Assembly (NCBI GenBank): GCA_047495785.1
Contig: JBLDXI010000007.1
Span: forward strand, 1,736,001-1,800,000
DNA: 64,000 nt
Reading direction: 5' to 3'
Source of the DNA: Lepidodermella squamata
Lineage: Eukaryota; Animalia; Gastrotricha
A model generated the notes under the pieces. It was not told the origin of the DNA and did no database searches. It saw only the letters and a list, made by a program, of their open reading frames with translations. Position numbers and translations under genes: made by a program. The first letter of the stretch is position 1. The number at the start of each line of letters is the position of its first letter. Shown here piece by piece: positions 45,593-57,234 of the stretch.

Positions 45593-47959
45593 ATGCGTTT
45601 GCTATTCGCCATCGTTCTAGCAAAGACTTTCTTCTTTGCTGCAGGGAAGAAGGCAAAAGGGCTGGATATTCTGGCCTTTGTCGCTTTTACAGGCAATGAA
45701 CCAAGGGACGGAAAGTTCTGCAGAGCCTCAATGCAAGTAGCCGTCGACGCAGCGAATAACAACACCAGCTTCATACCCGATTATCACATCAATGCTGTGT
45801 ATAGAGATGAAGGACCAGTGGCTCTTCAAGTTGTCAACAGAATGATGGAATTCAGGGATAGAATTGATGTTACTAACATCTCCCCTATCATTGTTGGACC
45901 ATATTTCACGACAGGATGCCAACGCTTGGCTCAATTGCTGCATCACGTCAATATGACAGCTGTTGGAACTGCTTGCAGTACTCCATTTTTCACTGGTGAT
46001 AGGAAGAACTACCCTAACCTCTACAGGATTAGCATGCCCGGCGAAGACGTGAATATTCCAAAAGTCGAATTCATCCTGAAATTCGGGCAATGGAGAAAAG
46101 TGGCGGTAATCACCAATGCCCTGTCAATTTACGACTACTCAGTCGCGGCGTTATTCGTCCAACTCGCTACTTCAAAAGGAATCGCTATTCCTTGGTTCGA
46201 TATAGTGAGCGATGTAAGCGATTCCGTTATCGAATCTCTGAAAAATAGCGACGCTCGAATCATTAACATTGACGTTGGGAACAGGCCAGCTTTTATGCAG
46301 CGATTGTTCTGCCAGGCTTATAAGGTCGGAATAACCGGGTCTAGGTACATCTTCCTAGCTCATGCAGCTGGATTCGTTGACGAACCCAGCTTACCCCTCG
46401 TCATCTACCCAGGCTGCACTAGGGAGATAGTTAGGGAACAGTATAGATACACCTATTGGATCGGTCCAACCACTGTTTCCACCATACCATTCGGTATCCA
46501 ACCACTAGCCTTAGGGTATGACTTGACAGGATTCGAGAACAGATTGGATGAAATGATGAATTCATCCCGAGGCTCTGATTACATTATGAGACAACTATGC
46601 CACGACGCTATGGTTGAAGCTTTGGTAGCTCTAGATCGATCTGAAAAAATCCTGAGGAATTTTTCAATGACTTTGTCTGACTATCGCAATTACCCCAAAG
46701 AGGTGAGTCACGTGATCAATCGGTCTCTTGCTGTGACTGACTTTATTGGAGCTCGCGTTGGCAGGACCAAGTATTCCCCCCGCTTAGAAATGGACTACGA
46801 ACCTCAATACGTCTCTTACCTTCTGTCTGAAGGCAGTCTTAATCCTATCGACTTATTATCCGTAAAATTGAACCCTGACAACGCGTCATCCACACCAACT
46901 ATACTTTCCCTAAGACCTATAGTCTGGGCGACAAATGACGGGAAACCTCCGAAGGATTCGAGAACGGTGGAGACAGTTATGAAGGATGTAAGCCGAGTAG
47001 TGACTGGAATTATTTGGTCACTATCAATTGTATCGTTAATGCTATCTCTTGCTGCCCTGATCGGATATTGCCGGTTGGAATCCTCGCGGCGAATATCAGT
47101 TGTTCTGGCATACAAAGTAGTTTCGTCTGCAGCTGTTCTTCTGCTGTTAATTTCGGCTTGCATTCATTCGACGCCCGGAGTTTTGTTCGCAGGCGTTCCA
47201 CAAATTTGTAATATCAATATAGCTCTGGCAACCATAGCACTGTCTCTCTACCACGGAGGTTTGATCGCCAAGCTCATGTTCATCAGACAACATATCAAAG
47301 GTATTATCAAGCAATGCGGCCAAGTCATTGTAGTAGAAAGTTTCCAAGAAGACACATTGTCTTCAAAAACTCATTCTCAGTCAGTTAATACTAGTACCAG
47401 GAGGCGTGTGATCGACGCCAGAGGGCAAGTGAAATCAAGGAGGCTTATAATTGTCCAGAATGCAATTGTTCAGAAGTTTAATACGCGACACTATTTTAAG
47501 ACGCTGGCCTTATTCGTTTGCATCAATTCAGTCATCTTGATTGCGTGGTTGGCAATCGAGTCGGTTCGATTTGAAACAATCCCTAATATCTCTTCATCAG
47601 GCTATGACTACAAGACAGATACTTACTTCGAGATTAGGACGGCCAGCTGTGATTACTCGGAATCTTTACCGTGGATTCTGGCTCTATTATTGATTCACGT
47701 GTTACCGTTAATAGCCTGTCTATTACTGGCATTCTCTTCGTTCACTCAGCTGAAAAAGATTGATGGACTGGCTAAAACTCTTGAATTCGGCAACATTGTC
47801 AGCACTTTGATCAACTCGATAACTCTCATAACTGCGACGGTGCTAATTCTGTTGATTCTCACTGAGCCACTAGACAAACAAGTCACCCTGAGCTTCACGT
47901 TTCTAGTCGAGGCAGCATTTGCTAGCATCGTTAATTTTTATTACGTTTTTAAGCGCTAA
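45593..47959 (+). CDS. Orphan class C GPCR, GABA-B-receptor-like (GPCR-1), intronless
   Basis: Signal peptide; Venus-flytrap motifs (AV..AN...IPDY; IIVGP; YPNLYR; WRKVAVI; DARII; FCQAYKVGITG.RYIF; DA; W....PPKD) joined directly to 7 hydrophobic helices with TM3 and ECL2 Cys. No cysteine-rich domain. Confidence 0.88.
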   Translation: MRLLFAIVLAKTFFFAAGKKAKGLDILAFVAFTGNEPRDGKFCRASMQVAVDAANNNTSFIPDYHINAVYRDEGPVALQVVNRMMEFRDRIDVTNISPIIVGPYFTTGCQRLAQLLHHVNMTAVGTACSTPFFTGDRKNYPNLYRISMPGEDVNIPKVEFILKFGQWRKVAVITNALSIYDYSVAALFVQLATSKGIAIPWFDIVSDVSDSVIESLKNSDARIINIDVGNRPAFMQRLFCQAYKVGITGSRYIFLAHAAGFVDEPSLPLVIYPGCTREIVREQYRYTYWIGPTTVSTIPFGIQPLALGYDLTGFENRLDEMMNSSRGSDYIMRQLCHDAMVEALVALDRSEKILRNFSMTLSDYRNYPKEVSHVINRSLAVTDFIGARVGRTKYSPRLEMDYEPQYVSYLLSEGSLNPIDLLSVKLNPDNASSTPTILSLRPIVWATNDGKPPKDSRTVETVMKDVSRVVTGIIWSLSIVSLMLSLAALIGYCRLESSRRISVVLAYKVVSSAAVLLLLISACIHSTPGVLFAGVPQICNINIALATIALSLYHGGLIAKLMFIRQHIKGIIKQCGQVIVVESFQEDTLSSKTHSQSVNTSTRRRVIDARGQVKSRRLIIVQNAIVQKFNTRHYFKTLALFVCINSVILIAWLAIESVRFETIPNISSSGYDYKTDTYFEIRTASCDYSESLPWILALLLIHVLPLIACLLLAFSSFTQLKKIDGLAKTLEFGNIVSTLINSITLITATVLILLILTEPLDKQVTLSFTFLVEAAFASIVNFYYVFKR

Positions 47960-47999
47960 ATGTTTCTTGGCATTTGATTGTCACTGTTACGGTGTCGTC

Positions 48000-48692
48000 T
48001 TAAAATGGAGTATTCTCGCGTTTCGCAAGGTATGCCGCGATTTCAGGCGTTGCTTCTATTGTCTTTCCCAAGGCCACAAGACCTGGGGCAATGTCCCAGT
48101 CTGAATCTTCGACCGTCCCGCTTCGTCTCAATGAGTCAAAGTACTGTGCCAAATAGATGTCAGCGTATGTGTACTGTTACGCAGAAAAATTTGTAATAGG
48201 TACAGACAGAAATTAAAAGCTCACGTTTTCACCACCGGCAAGATTTTTTCCGTTGTTTTCTTGCAGTTTCTTCTCTAGGAACTTGAAAACACGCGGGAGG
48301 ACGTTCTCCCGAAGCGCAGTCCTGTTCGCCTCCTTCCTGGCTGGGTCAGGTTCGAAAATGGCTTTGTACATAGCTTCCTGCACTTCCTTCAAGCTTTCGT
48401 AGGCTTCATCGGCTCGAGCAGCCTCTTCGTCACTGCTTCCGTACAACCCAGCGACAGCTGCGACGTGGCGGATGATAGCGCCGCTTTGGATGATAGCTTG
48501 CTTTTTTCCATCCTTGCGCCACTCTAGGATAGGAACCTGACCTAAAGGCGTCAGAGTTTTGATCGGAGGCCATTCTTGCATAGTGAATCGGCGGTCGATG
48601 AATGGAATCTTGCTGTAGGTGAACATGTAGCGAACCAACTCGCCTCGACCGCGAGCGTGGAAGTAGTGTAGAGTATAATTTGGCTGATCCAT
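48000..48692 (-). CDS. GST sigma-like (GST-16), 2 exons
   Basis: MDQPNYTLHYFHARGRGE...TPLGQVP...GGEN|YTYADI...KRENTPF* (stop 48000-48002). Confidence 0.92.
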
Positions 48693-49815
48693 GGACACGA
48701 TCAAAGTATAATTTCTTTTTTACTCTTGACTTTAGTGTGCTTGCACCGAAGTGGTTTAAAATTGTGGACAACCGGTCACCTTAATCTCGTTCCTTATCAG
48801 CTCTCCCACGGCGGTATCAGCCGGGTGTCTATAATAGAGCGAGCAGTGATAGAACTTGGAGATTATTTATTAATATCCAAGCTATAATACCTAACACGGT
48901 CATTTTTTACCGGACTGGCTATTTGGTGATGCTTATTCTTAATCATCAGAACCATCGAAGTCCGAAGTTCGCCAATGACAAAGCCTTCACAGAAACAGCT
49001 TTCATCATTAGTTGGGCTTCAAACGGGGTTTTATAAGCCATGCATCCATTTCATACAAGTTGACAACTTTAATTTCAAAGAATTTCATTGGATTGATCAG
49101 TTTGATTGATCAAAAGATAGGAGCTAGTCCGGGCGGTCCTAAAAAAATGTTGCTGAAGACGCAGCCCAAACGGGTGTCCGACTTACTCGATCTCTGCAAT
49201 CTTGCTAATGCACCCCGTATACGTTTGAAAACAAACATGTCTTGGATTTCAGGTGATTACCACGACTCAGTCTTTACGCCAGTGTAAGCAAAATCTCAGC
49301 TGACAAGCTGCCCGGGGACATTGCAAAAGTCTGCAAATTCGAAAGCAAGCCAGAGTGAGGAAGGGATTAGCGTAATTTTCGAGTCTTTCAAGTTGGTGAC
49401 ATACGACACTCAAATCCCAACCGAATCGTGGGGGTTATTTTCAGCTGTCCGGATTTTCAGATGTTATTTCTAGATACGAGGAAGCAGGCAAGGGTATTAA
49501 TGGAATTAAAACCCCCCGACATTTGTAATTATTCCAGTTCACGCTAAAAATACACTGAATGTCCCGTTCCGTTCGCTCAAGAGTTTGACTCCATTTGATT
49601 ACGTATTGAGCAAGCTTTGAATCGAAACAGCAACTGTATTTTTCTCGCCAATACCACTCTTCCCAATAGGATTTGCTCACTTCAGTCACAAAGACGATGA
49701 ATTAAAAAATTTATTATAAAAAATCCCTCACGACATATTACTCACGACTCACACGGATACAAGTACAAACCAATAATTATAGACTTCGAAAAGTCGAGCA
49801 GCTAGCTAAAGTCTG

Positions 49816-52368
49816 TTAATAGGAGTCAGTGAAATGAACGTCAACCGGCTTCCTGCAGATAAATTTGGCCGCGTCTTTGAAGAGCGAGAAGGAAATAGCA
49901 ATGAAGCCACTGAGAGATTCAAATAGGAATATCCCGACGATGAAAGCATTCTGAGCTGTCGGGTTCTGCAGTCCAATGATGATCAGAATGCCAGCAGCAA
50001 GCATTGTTAAGCAATTCAGAGCAGCAAGTCTTGTTTCTATGCTGATTGTTGCCAACTGCGCGAGTTCGGGCGATAACCGGGTGTTATTCGATGTCAGTTG
50101 CCGCAATTTGTAAGCGATGAAGCCTCCGTAGAATAACAAACAGCCGTGAAGTGCGACGAAGCATGCCAGCCAGTAAATGTTGTGATCAGCATGGCACTCA
50201 CCCTCCATGGATATCGTCCACAAATCAGCGTTTACGTCATAAAAACGCCCTGTATCTTCTACAACGTAATACTGTTTCTCGGTAACAAGCCATGCACACA
50301 GCAAAGCAGAGTTGATAACAACAAAGACTAGAGTAAACAGGAAAATGAATTTTTCATGCCCTTTTCCAGGAGGTTTGACTCTTATCAGACTCGACACCTT
50401 CCTTGCTGCATCGCTAGGGTTAGTTCGAAGTAAACTTGGTCTCCTCGGGTCGCTGTCGGTGCTTTTTTGAGGTGCGTTGGAAGTCGATTCTTGGATATTC
50501 TGTGCCGTTTTAGAAGCTACTAGCACTGTTTTAGATCGTTTCGTGCGACCAAAAGTCGTCCCTAGGATGGTTTGCATCGTTCTTTTCGGTCTGTGACTAT
50601 GAATCTCCCTTTCTAGATCTTGGTTTAGGAAATAGAGCCTTGAAAATATGTAAGCGTGCATAGTCGCAAACCCTAAGATGGCTAAGACCATTTTCACGCT
50701 GCACATTATGACTCGACTATTGTTCGAGTTCGGTATGCTGTTACCCGCGAAAACCATCGATGCGATGTTAAGTAAGATGCATCCAAAGATGAAAAGCGCT
50801 CTAGCAATGCGATCTTTATCCAATCCAAGGGAGTGGCGTGAGAAAAGCAGCTTCAGTAGGATAGCTAGTTGTGGAATAGACAGAAAAGCTCCGATAGAAA
50901 CAGTCCCGTAGAAAAGTCTCGGGTCTTCATTGTGTTTCACGTGAGTCACCTTTGCAGCATCCCTAGGAGGTTTTCCATCACTTGTTACCCACTCTATTGG
51001 TCTCATCAATTGGAATTCATAAGTGTCCGGATTTAGGAGGACCGAGTCTCTCCTGGCGAATGTTTTGTAGTTGTATACAAATTCACCAACCAAGTTCCAT
51101 GAAAACACGTAGTTTGGCTCGCTGTCAACTTCCATCCGGGATGAGTAGCGCTCGTATCCATACCTCAGCGTCCTCAATTCAACCGCCCCAGCACTTTCAT
51201 TAGCAACCTTCATAACAGTCTCGGGATATTTGGCGTAGTCTTTCAGCGAGAGATTCATTTTCTTAAGCCGTGTCTCAGTGTCATTTAAAGTAATTGCCAT
51301 TTGCAGAGCAGCGTCATGACATTCCAGCCTTTTCGTGTAATCAGCCGGGCGTGACTTGTTCGTATAAAGGTCGTAGGCAGCCTCAAATTCGACGAGATCG
51401 TATCCCAGAGAAGTAGGACCCTGATTTCCGGGCGATTTTGGAACTCCGCCAATGCCTGCGATGAAAACAGTCGTTCTCAGTTGCAGCCTAATGATTGCAG
51501 CAGTGCATCCGGGGCGGATGTCTTTCGTGATGGTTGACGGGTTGATGAATGAGTAAGCCCTGGCAATGAAGTAGTATTTGGGTCCAGTTATGCCTAGGTC
51601 ATAGGCAAAGCAGAGGAAATCCATTAGAACAGTATTTCTTTGAAAAAATGTCACAAAAATGCGGATGTCATTTTCTTTGAAGCCCTGGACAGTATCGAGA
51701 CCAACATTTTCGACCGAATCGAAATAGGCGATAGTCAAACCGAGAGCGATCGCATTTTGATAGAAAGTTGTGGCCAAAGCGATATCAGTTGGATTTCGAA
51801 TCATGAGAACCCCAATACGCCTCCAATTTCCTACTGATTTGATGAATCGAATAGTTTGCAGTGCTGCGATGTCCCCTGGAGTTTGAAGACGGTAAAGATT
51901 AGGATAACGAACCCTGTCAGCAATGAATGATGGAGCGCCGCATCCTGACGTAGTTGCGATCATGTTCAGAGGCTTCAACAACTGCGCGAATGGGGCGCAT
52001 CCAAGACTTGATGATGCTCCTAGAACAGTCGGTGATTGAAATAGAGTAGAATCGTTATTGTTACGAAACTTCTCGACGTACTCGACGAGGACACGAGACG
52101 CCCAAGTAGAGTCGCTCCACTCATCCACGATGTAAATGTCGAGTTTATAATCCGGCAAGATGTCAGATCGAGAGTTGACAACATCGGCGAGAAAACGAGT
52201 CGCAGTCATGCAAGTTTCTGGGTAGGTGACCGGGTTAGGTCCACTGAGAGGGAAGGTGGTTAGCACTTGAAGCCGATAGGGCTTATCAAGTGGAATAGGC
52301 CTAGTCTGCGCCGTGACCTTCATGCTGATCACTAACAAGGCCAAAGTTGAAGCTTGCAAGAAGAGCAT
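49816..52368 (-). CDS. Orphan class C GPCR, GABA-B-like (GPCR-2), intronless
   Basis: VNSRSDILPDYKL, DRVRYPNLYR, WRRIGVL, DIRIF, LCFAYDLGITGPKY, W.TSDGKPPRD, then 7 TM. Confidence 0.88.
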   Translation of the reverse strand: MLFLQASTLALLVISMKVTAQTRPIPLDKPYRLQVLTTFPLSGPNPVTYPETCMTATRFLADVVNSRSDILPDYKLDIYIVDEWSDSTWASRVLVEYVEKFRNNNDSTLFQSPTVLGASSSLGCAPFAQLLKPLNMIATTSGCGAPSFIADRVRYPNLYRLQTPGDIAALQTIRFIKSVGNWRRIGVLMIRNPTDIALATTFYQNAIALGLTIAYFDSVENVGLDTVQGFKENDIRIFVTFFQRNTVLMDFLCFAYDLGITGPKYYFIARAYSFINPSTITKDIRPGCTAAIIRLQLRTTVFIAGIGGVPKSPGNQGPTSLGYDLVEFEAAYDLYTNKSRPADYTKRLECHDAALQMAITLNDTETRLKKMNLSLKDYAKYPETVMKVANESAGAVELRTLRYGYERYSSRMEVDSEPNYVFSWNLVGEFVYNYKTFARRDSVLLNPDTYEFQLMRPIEWVTSDGKPPRDAAKVTHVKHNEDPRLFYGTVSIGAFLSIPQLAILLKLLFSRHSLGLDKDRIARALFIFGCILLNIASMVFAGNSIPNSNNSRVIMCSVKMVLAILGFATMHAYIFSRLYFLNQDLEREIHSHRPKRTMQTILGTTFGRTKRSKTVLVASKTAQNIQESTSNAPQKSTDSDPRRPSLLRTNPSDAARKVSSLIRVKPPGKGHEKFIFLFTLVFVVINSALLCAWLVTEKQYYVVEDTGRFYDVNADLWTISMEGECHADHNIYWLACFVALHGCLLFYGGFIAYKLRQLTSNNTRLSPELAQLATISIETRLAALNCLTMLAAGILIIIGLQNPTAQNAFIVGIFLFESLSGFIAISFSLFKDAAKFICRKPVDVHFTDSY

Positions 52369-54192
52369 GTTCAATGTAATACAGTTCTACGGGTGAAAAT
52401 GCAGCGAGTGAAGAATACGTGATATTAATTCTGCTAATATATGGGCGGGGTTTTTCGCATCTTTCGCTTTCGCAAAACAAGCTCATCTGTTAAATTAAAG
52501 CTAAATTAAGTTTCGAACAAGATATGATTTTTAATCAAGCTAAATAGCTAAGAACATTTTGACCATCTAGCCAAATAAGAGCATCTTTGATAAATCATAG
52601 ACGTGAGCACGTGAGCATTAACTTCGAGGTTGGATGAATATTAATAAATAATTTGGTGGAAATCAACATCCTAAATTCTCACGTGTGTGTTGCCACCTGG
52701 GAAGGACACATTTTCTTACAAATATTGAACGAGTTGAGGAGATATCTTCTAGAGGATGAAGATTGGAGTTTAAAACCAAATCTGCTCTTCTGACTTCTGA
52801 CTTGGCAAAAATGAGCAATAAAATAAACGGGGTATTTGCGCAAAACTGACTCCAAGTCAGCTTATGTTTTTAATTAGTTGGGAAAGAGATGGCCTTTTCT
52901 CGTCGCTTCTCGGGTCTTCATTGAACAAAATGTGAGTTTTAGATGAAAGAAAGTCGCGGAAGTTCAAAAACGACACACGTGAGAGTTACATATTACCAAA
53001 AATAGCTGCCAAATATTTCCTGTTTTAATAGTAAAATGACAAATCAAAAATTGAGTTTCACAGATTAAGTGCGTTTTAAGTGTGAAGACATCTTTAAGGG
53101 CTTCTAAGGGGTTTTCAGGCTAGGTCTATGGTGTGAAGTGTGATTTTGCTAGCACGCTATCCATATCCACAGAATGAGAAAATAAAGCCAAAACCTACGA
53201 CTGATGATCATAGATTAATTTTGATGGGATTGATTGTTTCCAGGATTCAAGATCTATGAAAAATATTGAAATATTTTCAAACGGTGCTAGGTCTTTTTGA
53301 TATTGGACGTGCTTGTGTAAGGCGATTCTCTAATATAGCAAACAATTTCGGCGAGCATCAATTTCCCCAAGAAAGGAGCAGATTCATTTTGGCGATTCTT
53401 CTTAAAAAGCTCACAAACAATCGATCGCAAGTTGTGCAAATCAGCCCTTATTTACGTATTAGTCCCAATAAATAAAGGAATAGACACTATGCTTCGCCTT
53501 CTTTTTATCGCCAGCTTGTGCCTCTCCTTTAAAAACGTGCTACCCTAGCGGTCACGGATGAAGCAGTCAGTAAATATTTCATTCCCTCATAACTCGTCTT
53601 ATAAAACATTCGACGGCTGACGTCTGCGCAAGGATCCGGATTATCCTAGGGCCATTTCCGGTAATCCAGGCCAAAATTCTCGATGTGACCGATTGCACAG
53701 CACATAATCAGGGGAAAGATTCCTGAGTGCTTCCGTTACCGCCAGCAAAAAAGTCCAACCAACAAGGTGTGACATTTCAAACCAGTCCGTTGATTTAATT
53801 AAGCCACATGACGCAGATAGGAAGTAGGAGTCTGGCCCTTCGAATGTCCGGTTTTTTCAACACGGATCTGCCGAACACGCTTTCCCAAAGGGGAAAACTC
53901 TTCTAACTAGGACAAAAGATGAACGGAGTCCAAAAAAACAACGGAGGCAATTCATCAATAATGGTGCATACTGCAAGGTTGCTCCGCAATCGTTTCCTAC
54001 GAGGTTTCTCCAAAACCTGGTTTCCTATGAAGATGGAATCTGGGTCACATTTTCAGCATCGGTGTTCGCTCTGATGACACTCAATATGTATAAATGAAAG
54101 CTATAAAATCACGAATTTATTGCTACATATGCTGTAATCGAATGTGAGCTATCAGAACCATATAACGTTCGCAACCACAGTTTCAGCGGTAA

Positions 54193-55070
54193 CTAACGAT
54201 CCGTTTTTGGGCGTTCGGCAATGTATTTGGCGATGGCAGGGATCTCTTCAATTGACTTGGCCAGTTTGATAAGATTTGGATACTGCGACTCAATGAAATC
54301 AGCCAGGCAATTGACGTAGTCTTGGCAACCGCGAATAATCCAAGCCACACAAAAATCAGCCCATGTTAGCTACGGTGAGAGAATCATAAATAATGATGAT
54401 TATTATTATGCAACATATTTCCTTACTTGATTGCCAACCATGTGCTTGCCACCATTTTCGACAAGCCGCTTTTCCAATGCACCGAAAATTCGTGGATACT
54501 CCTTAGTCTTGAGTAACTCAATTGTTGATTTTTTGAATTGTTCATCCTGGCTGTAGTATACTGGACACGCTTTGAGAAAGGGTTCCTGCAATGAGTCAGC
54601 GATTTCATCGCATGTCGCTGCTTCAATGTCCGATGAACCGCACAAGCCTAAAACAGAAGCGCTACAGTTGCAGTAGAAAATGAAAAACCAAACCAACCGA
54701 ATCGTTTCGCCAGAAAACGGGTAATCGCCACAGATTGCGCTAATCTATGAGTGGTGCCGTTTTCGGTAATCTCCAGCAAAGGAACCCTCCCATTTTCGTA
54801 AAGAGAGAATGGAACTGAAGTAGAGAATGTTATAAGTCAGACTGTAAGTTGTAATATCTACAATTTCAACCTTACTTGTAGGGTCTTTCGCCATCCATTG
54901 AGGAATAGTGAATCGGTAATCCTCAAACTCAACCCCAGCATAATGACAAAGGTACCTTATAGCCTCTACCCGGCCTCGAACCTAAATTTGCGAAAAGGTT
55001 AACAATCAACGCTTCCACAGCAGAATATCCATACATCGAAATAATGCAGCTTGTATGTGGTAGGCATCAT
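54193..55070 (-). CDS. GST sigma-like (GST-17), 5 exons
   Basis: MMPTTYKLHYFD|VRGRVEAIRY...DPT|IPFSLYENGRVPLLE...AQSVAITRFLAKRF|GLCGSS...VGNQ|LTWADF...ERPKTDR*. Confidence 0.9.
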
Positions 55071-56033
55071 ATCAGAATAAAATACAGGATTTGAACACCC
55101 TTTTCGCCGCTGCAAAATGAAAAAAAGTGCGGAGATTGCAGCAACTAATTCATTAATGAATGAACTATAAGCGCAAGTACGAAAGATTAAATGTATTACA
55201 TCAGCGGTTTTTATTTCAGTGATAAGGCACTCGTGCCGCAATTATAATGCTCCAATCGAGGTAAATCGCGCATGCTACCTCGAAATCTATTCATTTTTTT
55301 AACCACGAAATTATGCCCAATAGCTTTCCTACAATTAGCCGTTGTTGTGATTGCTTTTTGCGTGTGGCGTTTACAAATTTGCAAATTAGTAAAGTTTGTA
55401 GTAATTATTGGGCAACAGATTTTCGGTTATCGATATAGATTGATTAATCTCTTTGCTGGGTCAGAAAAATGAGTTCGCATTCCGATTAATCGCCACGAAT
55501 TACACCGTGTTATGGTCAGAATATCGGTCATAGCTGGCCATCACCACTGCCGTCGCTTATTCGTGCTTTCCTACGCTGAAAATTGCATCAAGAGTTCAGT
55601 TTTATAGCAGCCATTCTCATCATTGATTCCTATTTTTCGAGATAGAGTTCGCGTAATAATCTTTTCTCCGCGGTTGCTGAGCTTGGCTTAAGCGGGATAT
55701 ACTCACAACTTGGGTAAGGTTTCCAAAGTTCGGAGGGCCAAAGTAGCCGAAGTTGGTCGTACAAAAAAGTGAGCATTGTTTATAAAGTGTTAACCGTCGG
55801 ACGGCGCGAACTATAGGGCGAAGCATCCGAAGTTTTCGGAAAATGCAACGCACTGTGCTGCATCGCTAGGGTGTCTTAACCGAAGCTCCGCCGAAGTGTT
55901 CATTTTTATTATTTTTGAAATAAATGTTTGCTGTTAGGTTTGATAGCATTCATTATTCATTGAATAAATCAGAAATCACGCATGCATGTAGTATAACTTT
56001 TAACCGAACCGTATTCGTTATCCGGTAGGATCA

Positions 56034-56907
56034 CTAACGGTCCGTTTTCGGACGTTCAGCAATATACTGGGCGATTTTGGGAATTTCTTCAATTGACTTG
56101 GCCAATTTGATAAGACTTGGGTACTGCGATTCGATAAAATCGGCGAGACACTTCGCGTAGTCTTGACAACCGCGAATGATCCAAGCGACACAGAAATCCG
56201 CCCATGTTAGCTACAATGAAAGAGTCGTGATATTAGACAATTTATCACATCAGCTTTCTTACTTGATTGCCAACCATGTATTTACCGCCATTTGCGATGA
56301 GGCGCTTTTCCAATGCACCGAAAATTCTGGGATACTCTTTAGTTTTGAGTTGTTCAATTGTTGATTGTTTGAACTGCTCATCCTCGCTGTAGTAAACTGG
56401 AATAGCTTTGTTGAACGGCTCCTGCAGGGAGTCAACTATTTCATCACAAATAGCTGCTTCAATGTCGGAAGAGCCACACAAGCCTGAAGAAAATCAGTCT
56501 CAGTTTAAATCAATCGGAAGGCAGAAGGCTTTACGAACCGAATCGCCTCGCCAGAAAACGGGAAATTGCTACAGATTGCGCTAATTTATGAGTGGTGCTG
56601 TTCTCGGTAATTTCCAGCAAAGGAACCTTCCCATTTTCGTAGAGAGAGAACGGAACTGTAGAAAGAATTTCTTTAGTTGAACTGAAAGGCTTCCACAGAG
56701 CTTACTTGTCGGATCTCTCGCCAGCCATTGTGGAATAGTAAATCTGTAATCCTCGAACTCGACTCCAGCGTAGTGGAACAAGTACCTTATGGCTTCAGCC
56801 CGACCTCGAACCTGGATTCATCAAAAATAAGAACAAGTTTGGTTTTTAATTAACCGAGTTCCGAGTTCTGTTACATCGAAATAATGTAGCTTGTATTTGC
56901 TCGGCAT
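56034..56907 (-). CDS. GST sigma-like (GST-18), 5 exons, paralogue of GST-17
   Basis: MPSKYKLHYFD|VRGRAEAIRY...; same four intron positions as GST-17; ends ERPKTDR*. Confidence 0.9.
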
Positions 56908-57234
56908 TATATATGAATTACAGAAATACAACTTCGAGCACGTTATACGTTAGGATCTGTTTAGAGGGTGTGGAGAGTGCAGCAACTAAATGCTAATAAA
57001 ATAATGAATGAAACGCACGCATGTGTTGGAGATAAAAAATATCACTCGCCGAGGTTATTTCAGTGATAACGGACCGCTACGCGTATGAACATTGAGGCGT
57101 GTGTTAAAAGAGAGAGCTCAATTGAATTGTGGGGATTTTGTTCTCTGGTACTACCTTCCTGTTTCATTCTTGGAATTTTTCAAGATTCGATTTTATTTCC
57201 GATGAACTCATGTGTGACAAACTCCTAATAGGGA

